Origin: Protoeuglena noctilucae
Lineage: Eukaryota
Assembly: GCA_958009085.1 (NCBI GenBank)
Contig: OY253686.1
Location: 682,001 to 746,000 of the forward strand
DNA length: 64,000 nucleotides
Direction of reading: 5' to 3'
Shown here: piece by piece, positions 21,974-34,832 of the stretch
Numbering within the stretch: the stretch's first letter is position 1
Layout of the letters: every line of letters starts with the position of its first letter
Made by a program: the position numbers and the translations under genes
The notes under the pieces: generated by a model
Told to the model about the DNA's origin: nothing
The model's input: only the letters and a program-made list of their open reading frames with translations
The model's database searches: none

Positions 21974-24900
21974 TCACTCAGGCTGGGTCGGCAGGTCGCC
22001 ACCCTGGTACTGTGGGGGCCACGAGCGAGGTCGGCTTTGGCCCCTCTCATCGGAACATGCCCCGCTGGCAGTGAGTCGCTCGCGCAAGCCTGCACTTACC
22101 GGCGCGTGGGCCTTGCGCTTGCGGTCGTACTCGGCGCTCGTGCGGCGGATCTCCGCGGACCCCCTCGGCCGGCCGTCAGTCCTGCAGACGCGGCACAAAC
22201 CCCCTGCCAATCCTCGTGGCACGAGTCGCGCTGCAGCCGCATTCAGCCAGCCCGGCCCCTCCCCACGCACCCGTACGCCGGCTGCCCCGCCCGGTCCGCG
22301 TCCACCTTGGCCCTCGCCGCCTTGGTCTCCTGTGGCGCGCCCGCACTGGCCACGGCACCCGCAGCCACCCCACTGCCAGCGGCGACGCCCGCCCCTCCTC
22401 CGCCGCCCTCGTCGCCCCAGGGACTCCGCGGCTCGACCTCCACCCAAGCGTGGGGAATGCCCCGGACCTCCCGGGGATCGACCGAGGCGCGGCGGGCCTG
22501 GGGGGAGACCAGGGGCGGGAGCGCGGGGGACTCTGGGGCCGCACGGGCCCCGCGGGCGAGAGCGGCGGGGTCCCCAAGGCGAGAGGGGCCGGGGCGGGCC
22601 GGGCCCCCGTCGGCTGCCCGTGGCGCGTGGTGGGCCCACCCCGGGGGCGGGGGTGCCCCGATCCCCAGCCGGCCCATGTGGTTGAGCATGGACGTGGAGG
22701 GGGAGCCGGGGACGCCGTGAGACCCGGAGGCGACGCGCAGGTCGGAGAGGGCGTGGCGGGCAGACTGGATGTCTGCAAGTGGGTCAGGGAAGCGAGGGGG
22801 TGTTGCGGGGGCGTTCGGCGGGCTGCTCATGACCCTAGCAGAAGCAGCAAGTGGCCAGCCTCACCGGACGCGGTGCCCAGGCTCGGTCCACCCACGTGCC
22901 CGACCGCGGCGCGCGCGTCACTCTCGGTGCCACTGCCAGCCACAGCACGGGCAGCAGGCGGCATCCACGGCGTGGAAGCGGTGCTTGCGGGGTGGGCGGG
23001 CGCGTGGGGTGCGGGCCGAAGGGACGTCTGGGGCGCGTAAAGAGAGCTGAGGAACGCGGCGGCGGGGGCAGCCGCGGGAGGGAGCGGCCCCGCACCCTCC
23101 CTAGATGCAGCCAACGCGGCTGCCATCGCTGTGACCCCGTTCCCCAGCGGGGCGCTCTCCGCCCGGTCCAGTGGCTCCAGGGACGCGTGGCGGGACCCGA
23201 GGGCCTCCCGACTGCTGCGGGCAGCGGGGGCAGCAGGGGCCGCACCCACCCCCGCGTCCACCAGCAGGCCCCGGGAACCCACGCCCAGGGGCCCCAGGGC
23301 AGGGCCACCCGCACCGACGTCGCCGCCACCCACGGGCGGAAAGACGCGCGGGGAGGGGCCCAGGCCCGGGGAGGCAGGCTCCTGCCCGCCTGCCTGGGGA
23401 GGTGGGGCGGTGCGGCGCAGGGGGGGCACGTCGGCAGCACGCGCTGGGGCGACGTGCGGGGCAGGCCCGAAGGGATCGCCGCGCGTGACGCGGCGCTCGG
23501 TGCTGGAGTGGAAGACGCGACCGGGGAGGCCCACCACGTCCGGTGGCGGCTGGGACGCGGCCTCGTTCTCGGGGATGGAGCCGTTGGGGGAGAGGGGGGA
23601 GGCGTCGGGGGCGTGGATGCTGGCGAGGGAGCCGCGGAGGGAGCCGCCGCCGCTGACGGGGGCGACGACGCCCGGCGCGAGCCCGTGGCTGCGGCTGCGG
23701 CGGTGGGCCTCGGCCCCGCGCGTGGCCTGGGTGGCCGGTCCGAAGGCTGTGCGGTGGGAGAGCGTGGCGTCGGACGGGTGGAGCAGCAGCCCCCGGTCCG
23801 CCGTCGTCTGGCTGCGCACGCTGCCCGACTCGTGCCCCGAGGCGCCCGACACCACCCCCAGGACGCGCCGCGCCGCGCCCGCCGCCGCGCCCAGCGCCCC
23901 CGCGCCCAGGAAGAAGGGGTGGCCGAAGCTGGCGGGCGCGGGCGAGTGCGGCTCGCTGCTCCCCGAGGACAGCACGCGCGCCCGGGGGGGCAGCTGCCCC
24001 GCGCGGGGGTCGTCTGCCGCGGGTGCGTGAGGGTGGGGCTGGGCCAGGAGCGTGGACCAGGGGTCGGCGGGGCCCAGGGCGGGCGACGTGCCGGGCATCT
24101 GGGCGAGGTGCGCCTCGAGGTTGGGTAACAGAGTGGCGTGGGCCAGGGGCGGCGGCAGCATGGGCGCGGAAGGGACGAGCCGCGGGATGGCCAAGGGTGC
24201 GCTGCAAGGAGAGAGAGGGGGCCAGTCATTCCAAGACAGTAAAGCTAAGGATCCCTGACATGCCGGCGTGCGCAGGGTGCGCTGTGATCGCTGAGCGCAT
24301 GTCACGGTGTTCCCTCACCTGACCGGCGCCCCTGACATAAGCAGCACGTCCGCCATGGCCGCGAGGTTCATGGCCAGGGCGATGTTGTCCAGGACGGTGC
24401 CCAGCGCAGCCGTGGCGCCACCTGCTTCGCTGGGCGGCCCCGCGGTGGTGTCGTGGCCCACGTCCGGCTGCGACAGGACCATGCGGAAGATGGGGTGGAG
24501 AAGGGCAAGCGCCTCGGACAGGGCGGCGGGGGCGGTGGCCTCCATGGGCACGTCAGGGGCCAGGTGGTCCGACGGGGCTGCGCCGGGGAGGGGCCCGGGG
24601 GCGAGGAAGGGCTCAGGGATGGTGGGCAGCGGGGCGTGAGTGCGCGGGTGGTGGGCGAGCGGGTCGCGGGCCTGGGCGCCGTGGGAGAGGCCCGCCGACA
24701 CAGAGCGCTGGCCGCTGAGGGTGCGCGTCTGCGTGCGGCTGTGTGTGGGGGCGCCGGCCAGGCGTGATGCGACGGCGCCCATGCCGCCCTTCCCCATGAC
24801 GCTGCTCCCCGGGCCCACGCACGAGGACGTGTCGCCCTCTCCCTCCGACGGGTCCCCGATGCCCCGGGCATCGTGGGGCCGGTCCATGTCTCCTGACGCA

Positions 24901-27502
24901 TAAAGCACGTCCACATCCATGGCCCTGAAGGGGGTGCGGGGAAGGCGCAGGTTTAATCAAGCGCATCGGCAAGACGCGGCAGCGCGTGGGCGCCGACTCC
25001 GCATCCTCACCGCTGGAGTTGGAGTGTAATGACGAGGCCCGTCAGCATCGTGGCCATGACCTTGTGACCGCCCATGGTCGGGGCTTCCCAGGTCGTGGGC
25101 GCACCCATCCGCGACGATTTCAGCCGCGTGGCACGCTCCTGCCGTCGGGCCGCCTGGGCCGTGGAGGGGTGGAACGGGGACTGCAGGAGTGAAAGAGAGG
25201 GCAGAGAAGGTCAAGCAGCCAGTAGCGGGGCGCGGCGCACTCCACAAGACCCGGCGGCTGCCACTGCGTCACGTCGCGCACACCACCCCAGCGCCGTCTC
25301 ACCTCCCCCAGGTCCCGCGAGCTCCCCGGCGTCTCCGCGGACGACTCGTTGGAGGCGCGCGTCCCCCGCGACCCCTGCAGCGCGCGCGTCACGGCCACGA
25401 CCACGCGTCGGTGTGCCTCGGCGGCCTCCGCGGCCGTCACCACGCGGCCCGGGTACGTGTGGCCCAGGACCACCCCGGCGGCTGCGAGGGCCTCGGGCGG
25501 GGCGTCCCAGGGCTCGAAAGCGAGCTCGGAGGGGAGCCCCGCCAGCTCGGGCACCCACGCGCGGAGGAAGGCAGCGTCGGGGTCGATGCGCCGGGACGCG
25601 GCCGCCACGTCGAGGGGCTCGGCGAGGGGCGTGCCGTCCCTGAGGCACCCGGCCGCCGCGGCCCAGGTGACGAGGCACGTGGCCACCTCGGCGCCCACCA
25701 GGCGCTCCCACACGTGCATCAGGCCCCACTGCCACGGCAGGCCCAGCGCCTTGACCAGGAAGGCCGCCGCCAGCTCGTGCAGCGGCTCCGACAGCCACCC
25801 CACCGAGAGCAGGCACCGCATGGCCGCGTCCACCAGGGGGTACCCCGTGCGGCCGGACGCCCATGCCTGGAAGGCGTCGGCGTTGAAGCCCCAGTGCCCG
25901 GCCGCGATGTGCGTCAGCCTTAGCGCGTCGTCCGGCCAGTGGTGGCAGATGTACCTGCGGGGGTATCGTGCGGGCTGAGACGCCCGACAGGGAAGCGTCA
26001 CAACAGAGGCACCAAACGCACCGCAAGCGACCCTCACTTTGACCATTCCCTGGCGCTGAGGCTGGCCAGGACGGCCCTGCAGGCTCCCGCAAGCCGCGAC
26101 GTGGGCTTGGCCGGCCCGACCAGTGCCTTCATCGCCCGCCACAGGTCCCCGGGGCTGATCTCTCCCGCCGCGACGTGCGGGGACATCATGGCGGCCACTG
26201 CGGGTGAGAGCGCAGGCGCAGGGTTCCTGCCGTGGACCGTCACCTCGCAAGCTCCTCAGCCAGCCCGTGCCCCCAAAGTCGGGTACTCACTGAGGTTGAC
26301 ATCGTGCGACCGCGCGTCCCCGTCCCGTGCGTCCCTCATCCGCTGGACCAGCACGGCGAGCACCTTGTGGGCGTTGCGCTCGCCCGGCCGCCAGTGCCCT
26401 GCCAGCCCCTGGCACACGCCCTCCTCGGCCGGCGACAGCAGCGACCCGGCTGCCCCGACCGCCAGCGACCCCGTCGCCTCCCGCAGCGGCTCGAGGCGCG
26501 CCACGTCCACCGCGTCCCCCAAGCACCACTGCCGCAGCTCCGACGGCAGGGGCCCCAGGCGGCGCGGGGCCGGCAGGGACCCCGGGAGCTCCCGCCCGCA
26601 GTAGGCGTCGAGGACGTTTTGGAAGGCCTTGAACCGCGTGTACGGCTTGCCCTGGTCCAGGATGGCCCACGGCCCGACCATGACGGCCCCGTCCATCTCC
26701 TGCACCAGGACGCCCATGTCTGACAGGTCCTGCCAGACCTCCGTGTCGACCTCGGCCGAGGGGGGGTCGTAGGCGCGGTTGTAGAAGACGGCGTCCACGC
26801 TCAAAATCTGAGGGAGAAAAGACATGCGGTGCTTCCAAAAGAGCAAGTCCGGCAGGCGCAGCGCCACTGGCTTAGGGCGCTCGTCCCTCACCCGGCAGAG
26901 TCGTGTGAGGGCGCAGGCGTGCGAGTCGTCCTGCAGCACGACCAGGTCGGCGCCCAGGGCCTTGAGGTCCAGGGCCAGGCTGCACAGGGACTTGCGCAAC
27001 CACCACCGGAGGCACATGCCGGGGGCAAAGCTGACGTGGTCGTCGGAACTCGCCACGTCCTCGGGGACGACGACGTAGACGGGAATGACTGGGGAGGTAC
27101 AGGCACGCGCGTCTCGCAAGGACATGGCAATGACAATCGTTCAGCAACATCTCATGGGGAGCACGGGGCCTCCAGACACTCACCCGTGTCGGCGACGAGG
27201 GCGGCAGCGTGCAGGGCGGGGTTGTCCGCGAGTCGCAGGTCCTGGCGCAGCCACACCACCGCACGGCTGAATAGGCGGCTGGGGCCCTGCCCCCGCGGCG
27301 TGGGCCGCCCTCCACCCTCCGCCGTCTCGCTCGGCTGAGGGCTGTGCCGCCCGCCACGTCGGCTGCCGTTCGGGGCGCTGCCGGAGTGGTGGGACAGCTG
27401 GACGCCCGACCCCGCCCGGCGCCGTCGAGGCGAGTCGCGGTGCCCCGGCTGCCGAAACACATTCGAGGGGTGCGCCGGCGACGGGTCCTTGTCCACGCTC
27501 AT
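21974..27502 (-). CDS. Plant-type cryptochrome-like protein (photolyase homology region plus very long low-complexity C-terminal extension); multi-exon
   Basis: VVWLRQDLRLADNPALHAA, PGMCLRWWLRKSL, VFYNRAYDP, WRPGE, SPHVAAGEIS, AWASGRTGYPLVDAAMR, LGLPWQWG, WVPELAGLP..EPWDAP..LAAAGVVLGHTYP. C-terminal exons are traceable to TGA at 21974-21976. The 5' end is uncertain. Confidence 0.85.
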
Positions 27503-28739
27503 CTTCGCTGGACTCGCCCCCGAGCCACTCCCCGTATAACGCGGCGCCCGGTGCGGGGGCCGCGGCCCATGGTCCTGCCGCAGCAGCGCAGGTCAGCGAG
27601 GTTCAGGGCAGCGAGGTTCCACTGCAGCCCGAGCTCCGCCGCTTCGCCAGCGCAAGCACACGAGTAGTACACTAGTAGTCTAACCTTTTCCCGCCTGCCG
27701 AGCTGCATGCCGCCCATTCCGCGAGGCGCGGCGACGGAACTGCAGAGGGAGGGGGTTTCCTCGCGTTCGCGCATCAACCACAGCGTATCTGCCCCGAGGC
27801 CCCATATCAACTCCTGCTCAGTTCATCAAACCACCAGAATCACGGGCCACACGGCGCACCTGGGCGGCGTGGCCAAAAAGACACGCGAGCTCGACTTGCG
27901 CCGCAATGCCTCCTTGTGCGAGACATCTTGGCCAGTGACGTGGTCTGCGGACGAGGCTTCGATGTCGTCCGGGAGTGCTAACGCCGCGAGGGAGGCAAGG
28001 GTGCTGTGTGCGCTCCGCGGGGTCGCCTGGCCAGCGGACGCCGGCGCGCATTGACTGTCGCCGCTGGCGGTGGAAAAGGGTGGCGTCATGGAAGCGGAAC
28101 GGCTCACCAGAGTCAGACATGCGCTTCACACCACCTCGGACCCGACGGCGATCCCGGGCGTGGCTCGCCGACTGCGACCGGCAGTTAAGTTCCGCTTTCG
28201 CGCTCGACATCGCAGCGCGTCGTCTATGAGCTCGGCTGCCGCGCCAGTGTCGGATAGGACCGTGGCCGGCGCGGGAGCGGCGGAGTCCGCGGCATCGCAC
28301 CAGACAGAGGAGAAGCGCACGCATGCCCTTGACGAGGCCCTCGCCGCCGGGCTTCCCTCCCTCGGCCCCTGCCATGGAGTCCCCCAACCCGAGCATGGCG
28401 TTGCCGCGCGCCTACGGCCTCGGCAGGCCACGCAAGCGACGAGGAGGTCCCACGCATGGGCGAGGGGGCCATGCAAAGATTCGACAAGGTCTCTATCAAA
28501 ACAGAACAAGCAAAGGTCGCAAACCAAACATGTTGCCACATCGTAGCGACGGACAATGCGCGGAGTGAAAATTGTTAGACGCTTTTTTGGGTACACCCCG
28601 GGGTCCCACCTGAAAAGGTCCTTTTCTGCAAGGAGGACAAATGGCGCTGTAAATGGCCATTCTATGAAGCGTCAGGCTCCGTGACATCGCCATCGCCCGG
28701 GATCGCGCCACCTGCGCCACGCTTGCCGCGCGCTGCCAG

Positions 28740-29460
28740 ATGATGAGGAGCTTGGCGGCCCCGCAGGCGCACGACATCCGCGTGCGGCGCGGCTGCGATG
28801 GGGCGGCGAGGAGAGTGAGCGAAAGAGGTGAGCACTGCTGGATTGGGCCGGCAGGTAACAAGGAAAGGCAGCAGCGCCTGCTCGTTGTCCTTACGCCGTC
28901 CCATCGCCCGTCCCCATCGCCTGCAGCGCTCCTGGCAATTGGGACATGCGTTGTTTCCATGATGGCAACTGCATCGGATTGCAGGGCGGACGCAGAGGGC
29001 GTATTCGCGAACAAATGTGCAGGTACGAGCGCCGAGTGCGAGGGGTGCGAAGGGTACTGCGAGGGGTGCTGGGGATGAGGTACTGGGCCATGCATAGCGA
29101 GCCCTCTACACAGGCTGCCACGCCGGGGGTGGGAACGTGGTGGAACGGTCCGCGACACTGTTTCCAGAGAGCTTGGAACGGAACGGGGTGAACGGGGTCG
29201 ACAAGTTGTACACTCTCATTTACTCCGGGAGGAATAAGATGCCCGGCTACGGCGAGAAGTGCGCACCAAAGTGAGTGCTTGGGTGTGGCCGCTAGACTCT
29301 CTCTTTGTCGAGACCAAGACCACATTTGCACCATCCCCCACCCCCCCACCCCATGCTGCTGTGCAGGGGCCAGTGCACGTTTGGGCCCCGGCTCACCGAC
29401 GAGGAGGTGCGGGAGCTCGCGCAATACGTGCTGGACCGCTCCCGTGCATCGTGGAAGTGA
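28740..29460 (+). CDS. Cytochrome c6A (thylakoid lumen); not recovered as a full ORF in the track
   Basis: Spliced exons give FANKCAGCHAGGGNVV (CxxCH), KMPGYG (axial Met) and the c6A-specific two-Cys loop EKCAPKGQCTFGPRL. Ends ASWK-TGA at 29460. Confidence 0.9.
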
Positions 29461-29554
29461 CATACGTTTCAAAGTGTCGTTGCTAAGCCAACAGGGCAGG
29501 CTGTTTGCGATCACATATCCACGATAAAGTGAAGAAGAGTGCGGGAGAGCATCA

Positions 29555-32500
29555 CTAAGGCGCCGCGGTGGCCTTGGGACCCCCGTCCCCCTCGTCGCCC
29601 GCCGCCAGCTCCACGTCGGCGTCGCGGGAGAAGAGGACCAGCTCGGGGACGCCGGGGAGGGCCTCGGTGGCGAGCATGCCGAAGTCCTCGGGGCCTATGC
29701 GGCACCACGTGGGCTGGCGGGACAGGCCGGGCGGGCCCCCCGCGTCCCCCAGCCCCGCCTCCTCCACCAGCTGCGCCCACCGCACGTCGCACACGTGCCC
29801 CGCGTGCGCCACGGCGGAGTACCCCATCGCGTGGATCTCCCGCAGCACCGCCACGGGGTCCTCGACGCCACGGATGGCCGCCAGGTCCGGGTGGAGCTCC
29901 ACGAGCACGGCGTGGGGGCGGTCCTCGCGCAAGACGCGGGCGGCGCCGCGGATCACCGACGCCTCGTGCCCGAATGCGGAGATGCGCAGGGCCCCGACGC
30001 GCAGGCCGGAGCGGCGCGCGTCCGCCAGCACGCGCTCCAGCGTCGTCCGGGGCACCGACCGCAGGCAGGGGCCCAGGTGCGCCGCGCCGACCGTGTCGGT
30101 CCCCGGGACGGCCGAGTAGCCCTCCGAGTAGGCCAGGGCGTCCCACTCCTCGGGCACCGCCGCCCGCACGTCCCCGACGGACTCGCCCGGCCCCGTCGCC
30201 AGCCCCGGCCGCGAGTGCGGCGCCCGCATCACGTCACGCACGCGCTCGGTGCGCGAGGCGCGCGGGTCTGCCTCCGCCCGGCGCTCCGCCTCGCGCCGCG
30301 CCTCCCGCACCGCCGCCTCGACGCTGTCCGACACCTCCGGGAGGCTCGGCGACAGGACGCGGTCCAGGAGGGAGCGGCGGGCCGCAGCTGCCGCATCCGA
30401 CCCCGACTCCCCCGCGCTCGCGTCAGCGTCGCCCCCCGACGCCCGCCGGTGGCGCGCCAGCAGGAAACTGCCCCGTTGCACGCACACTCGCTCGTCAAGC
30501 TCGGCGTCGCCCAGCGCAGCCTCGTGCACCTGCAGCCGATCCCCGAACTGGTTGCGCCGGGCCGCGGCCGTAAGGAGGTCGAGGTTGTCCCAGGAGGCCT
30601 CGAAGGCGTGGGCCGCGAACCCCTTGGACGCCGCCGTCAGCGACAGGTAGCCCAGCCCGGCCCCCACGTCCACGAGCGCCACGCCCCGCGCGTCCAGCGT
30701 GTAGTCCGACCGGTACCCCTCAAGCGCATCCACCAGCACGTCCGCCACGGTCGGCTCCCGGTTTCGGGCCAGCACGGGCTGCCAGTGGCCCCACGTGGCC
30801 AGGTCGGCCGAGACGTCCGTGTGGACGTACACCTCGCCATGCCCCATCAGCCGGACCATGACGTCGAAGGGCGTCGAGGACGGCACCGTCACAGGAAAGG
30901 CCGCCAGCCCCGCCTGCGGGTCCGCGTCCCCCGCCTGGGCCTCGTAGCGGTGCAGGTCAACGTTGAAGGCCGCCAGGTCCGCCTCGGGGCCCGACAGGGG
31001 CGCGTGGTCGTAGTGCCGCACCGCGTCCTCCGCCTTGTGCACCCACGTCGAGGGGTTGACGGCCGCGGCGACCTGGTTGGCCGCCTTCCACGACCCCGCG
31101 AAGTAGTGCACCACGGCGATCCCCGACGCGTCGGCCGCGATGCCGTCGCGGCCCTTGTGGTAGCCGAACGTCACGCGGGGGTACAGGCGTACCGCCCACT
31201 CGCGCGCCGCATCGCCCTCCGCGCCCTCCTCGGACTGCCGCAGCGCGTGCGCCAGGACCTTGTCCGTCCACACCCCGGGGCCCGTGCGCTGCGCACGCGG
31301 CGACGGGATGATCTCGGGCGACTGCTGCCCGAGCGTACAAACATCGCGTCTCCTGCATGGCCCCGCGCTCCCCCGCTCACCTCAAGCGTGTCGCGGTCCT
31401 CCCCCACGTTCAGGGGCCGCTGATAGTTGGCGGCGATCCAGTCGCACAGGTCCCGCAGCACCGGGTGCCCGGGGGCCGCCATGAAGAACCACTGCTCGAG
31501 CTGCATCTTGCGGGCGTACCCCCGGTTCCACGTGATGTCCCACGTGGGGAACGCCGACTCGTAGCCGACGACCAGGGCGTCCCCAGGGGAGATGAGGGAC
31601 TCCAGGGGCACGCGGCACTCGGTGTCGATGTCCGCGTAGGCGCCCCCGTGCTTGAGGACGACCATGTAGCGGAAGAAGTCGGCGCGCTCGACGTCCTTCT
31701 CGAGACCCTGGAAGGCCTCGAGGTACTCGGGGAACTCGGAAGCCACAAAGTCGAGGCAGTCGTCGTCCGTGTAGAAGTGCACCTGCGGCGACGGGCCGGC
31801 CGCGAGGCGTCGAAACCCGCTCGGCAGCACGCAGCTCGCTCCCCAGCACACGACCGCGGGGGTCCCCGCTCACCTCCCACCCCTTGTTGAAGGTCCGCCA
31901 CGACTCCTGCAGGGCCTTGAAGTGCGAGGGCACGCGGCTCGACCGGTACGTTTGGTGCAGCACGCGCGGGATGCGGTACCCTGCCTCGGCCCACTCCGAT
32001 AACGGCGTGGGCTCCACCGCCGGCTCCAGCCCCCCGGGGGCCATTGCGGGCACCACGCGGGGCGGGCGCTGCCCCGGCTGAGGTGCCGAGGAGCCACCCA
32101 AGCGGCTGGCGCCATTCACCAGCAGGATCACGAGGGCCAGGGCCCACAGGGCGCGGACCCACGGTATGCGGGCGCTGCGTGTCACGAAGCGCCACAAGCT
32201 CCTGGGGCTGGCGGACCCCGAATGGGACACGCGCCGATGGCTCACGGGGAGCTGGCCCTTCGCGACCGGGAACGCGGAGGCGGCCGACACGGGCTCGCTT
32301 TTGCCCCCGGCCACGAGGCTCTCGAAGTCCGCGTACGAGACATGCCGCGAGTGCAGGCCCGCGCTGATTCTGGGGCCGGAAGGCGAAGCAAGGGTCAGTC
32401 CAGCACGCGTGCCGACGGCAGCACGCCTCGCATACCAATAAGCCTCACCTCGATCGTTGCCGCGTGTGAGTGGCCCGGCGCGCCGAGAAGGTCGCTGGAG

Positions 32501-32923
32501 AGCGCGCGCTGCTCGGGGACGTCGCACCGGGCAAGGAGCTCCGCGCGCGGTCTTCCTCGCCCTGTGTTGCAGCGGGACGCTGAGGGAGATGACGTCGGCG
32601 ACACTCACGGCCGAAGGATTGGCGGAAAAGCCCCGGCCGGGCGCTGAACAACGCCTCCCCATGTTGGCAACGCCGTGGGGACGCTCCCGACGGCGCACGC
32701 AGCGCCGGAGCAATGTCATGCTCGCCTGGATACTTTGGAGAGGTAAAGGCGGAATAGGCGGTGCCGCGTGCCGGGGGTGCGCCGCGGTTGGAGGGCCATC
32801 TGTGTGAAGCCGGGGACCTTGCCGAGTCGAAGGGCAGCCGACGCCCGCCTTCGCTGCAGCGGCCTTCATCAGCGACCCAATGTGCTCCCTACGCGCGGCC
32901 CGTGAGAGCGTCCCATCCGCCAT
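29555..32923 (-). CDS. Type II membrane GT32 (OCH1/DXD) glycosyltransferase fused to a C-terminal FkbM-type methyltransferase; start uncertain
   Basis: TM segment WVRALWALALVILLV; RIPRVLHQTY, ERADFFRYMVVLKHGGAYADID, AAPGHP, TGPGVWT, VHYFAGSWK; then LVDVGAGLGYLSL..HAFEA and LRISAFGHEASVIRGA. Confidence 0.85.
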
Positions 32924-33424
32924 ATCTCACCAGAGGGCGCAACGAAGGTGGACGAGCCGCCTGGGGTCGGGCTCCGCCACCGCGGCGAGCTAGTGTTATC
33001 CATGCCGACTCCGGTCCGCGCGCTCGGCGCGGCCGTGCCGTCGTGGGCTTGCTAAAAACCGGCTTCAACAGCGGCCTTGCATCGAAAAGCGACGCTGCTG
33101 CCGACGGCGCGGAATGTGTGCGTCTGCGTAACTACAGGGCGCCCGCAGGTTCCCTCCGAGCAGGAAGCACCGGTCCAGACCTGCGGTGTCGGTGTCAGAC
33201 GCGGTTTCGCCGAGGCCCACGTTTGCGCGACTTATCCACCAAGTGTGCGAGACAATTCTCTGACCTGCGCCTCTCCGGCTATCCATTTGGCTGAATGGCC
33301 CTGCGTGCGCATGGACGGACGATGGTTTACCCGTTAGCCGCTCTCGCCGTCGCTGGGCAGCCGTAACAGGCACTCGTACAACAGAGGCGTCGCTGGGAGC
33401 GGGCAGGGTGGAGGGCTGCCGAGC

Positions 33425-34722
33425 ATGTCGTCAGTCGTGCTTGCCACGGCAGGCTACGACCACACGATCCGGTTCTGGGAGGCCACCAGCGGCATCTGCT
33501 ACCAGTAAGTCGATGGTGGGATGGCGGGCATGCGAGCAGGGCTGCGACAGGGGCCCCCGCCTTCATCGGCGCCCTCCTCGATCGCAGGACGTTGCAATAC
33601 GCGGACTCGCAGGTCAATAAGCTCGAGATCACGTCCGACAAGCAGTTACTGGCGGCAGCTGGCAACCCACATATCCGTGAGTGGCCGGGGGCGCGGCGAG
33701 GATTGTGCAGGCACGCATGCTGGCGGGGGTCGGGGTTGCGACGTGAGTTGCGACTCGGTCCTCGCAGGGCTGTTCGAGGTCAGCACGAGCAACGCCCAGC
33801 CCATTCACAGCTATGACGGGCACACGGACAACGTCACGGCGATCGGGTTCAACCGCACCAACGAGTGGATGTTCTCGGGCTCCGAGGACGGCACCGTGCG
33901 GCTGTGGGACCTGCGTGCCCCGGGCTGCCAGCGCGAGTTCGAGAGCCGCGCGGCGGTCAACTCGGTTGTGCTGCATCCGGGCCAAACGGAGCTGATCAGC
34001 GCCGACCAGAACGGCAACATACGCGTGTGGGACATCGTGGCGGGCGCGTGCTCCTGCGAGCTCGTGCCCGAGGTCGGCACTTCCGTCCGCTCCCTCTCGG
34101 TGGCCGCGGACGGCTCGCTCGTCGTTGCCGGCAACAGCCAGGGCACGTGCTACGTCTGGCGCACCCAGCGCGGCGCCAACCACGCCACCCACTTCGAGCC
34201 CCTCCACAAGCTCAAGTCCCACGCGGGCTACGTCCTCAAGTGCCTCATCAGCCCCGACGTGCGGCAGCTGGCCACCGCGTCTTCCGATAAAACCCTGCGG
34301 CTGTGGAACCTGGACTCTTTCCAGCTGGACAAGACGCTCGTGGGGCACCAGGTGCGACGCGCGAGCGCAAGCGTGCCGAGCGAGTCTTGCCACCGCGAGT
34401 GCGAGTGCGAAGGCGCCGAGATTCGTGCCCTGCGCAGCGCTGGGTGTGGGACTGCGTTTTCTCCGTGGACGCTGCGTACCTGGTCACCGCTTCAAGTGAT
34501 GCCACCGCAAGGCTTTGGGATCTGGCATCGGGCGAGGCCATCCGGGTGTACAGGCGAGTTGTGTGCCCGCTGGTTGAGGCTGGCTATGACGGCCGCAGGC
34601 TGGCGGCTTCGGGGAGCCCGCAATGCGTGCCCGCGCACTGCACATGCAGCGGGCATCACAAGGCGTGTGTCTGCTGCGCCCTGAACGACTCGGCGATGGA
34701 CGGGCCGGAGCAAGGGAGCTGA
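33425..34722 (+). CDS. LST8: TOR complex subunit LST8 (WD40)
   Basis: [81 protein letters not shown]. Confidence 0.97.
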
Positions 34723-34832
34723 AGGCCAGAGTTGCCAGCGCCCCCGAGTTGGTCTGCCCCGTTCCCTGCGATTCATCATCTGTTTTACTCAGCGGCTCAT
34801 TTGCCGCAACACACTTGCGGAAGCTGACAGCT

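Noticed and set aside
9878..27502. Cyclases, calpain and cryptochrome as a functional signalling cluster
   Set aside because: Adjacency alone is weak evidence in a eukaryote whose other neighbouring genes are functionally unrelated. It would need synteny or co-expression data.
27510..28730. Short ORFs between the cryptochrome and cytochrome c6A genes
   Set aside because: No recognisable domain or convincing exon chain. Probably promoter/UTR, possibly unrecognised 5' cryptochrome exons.
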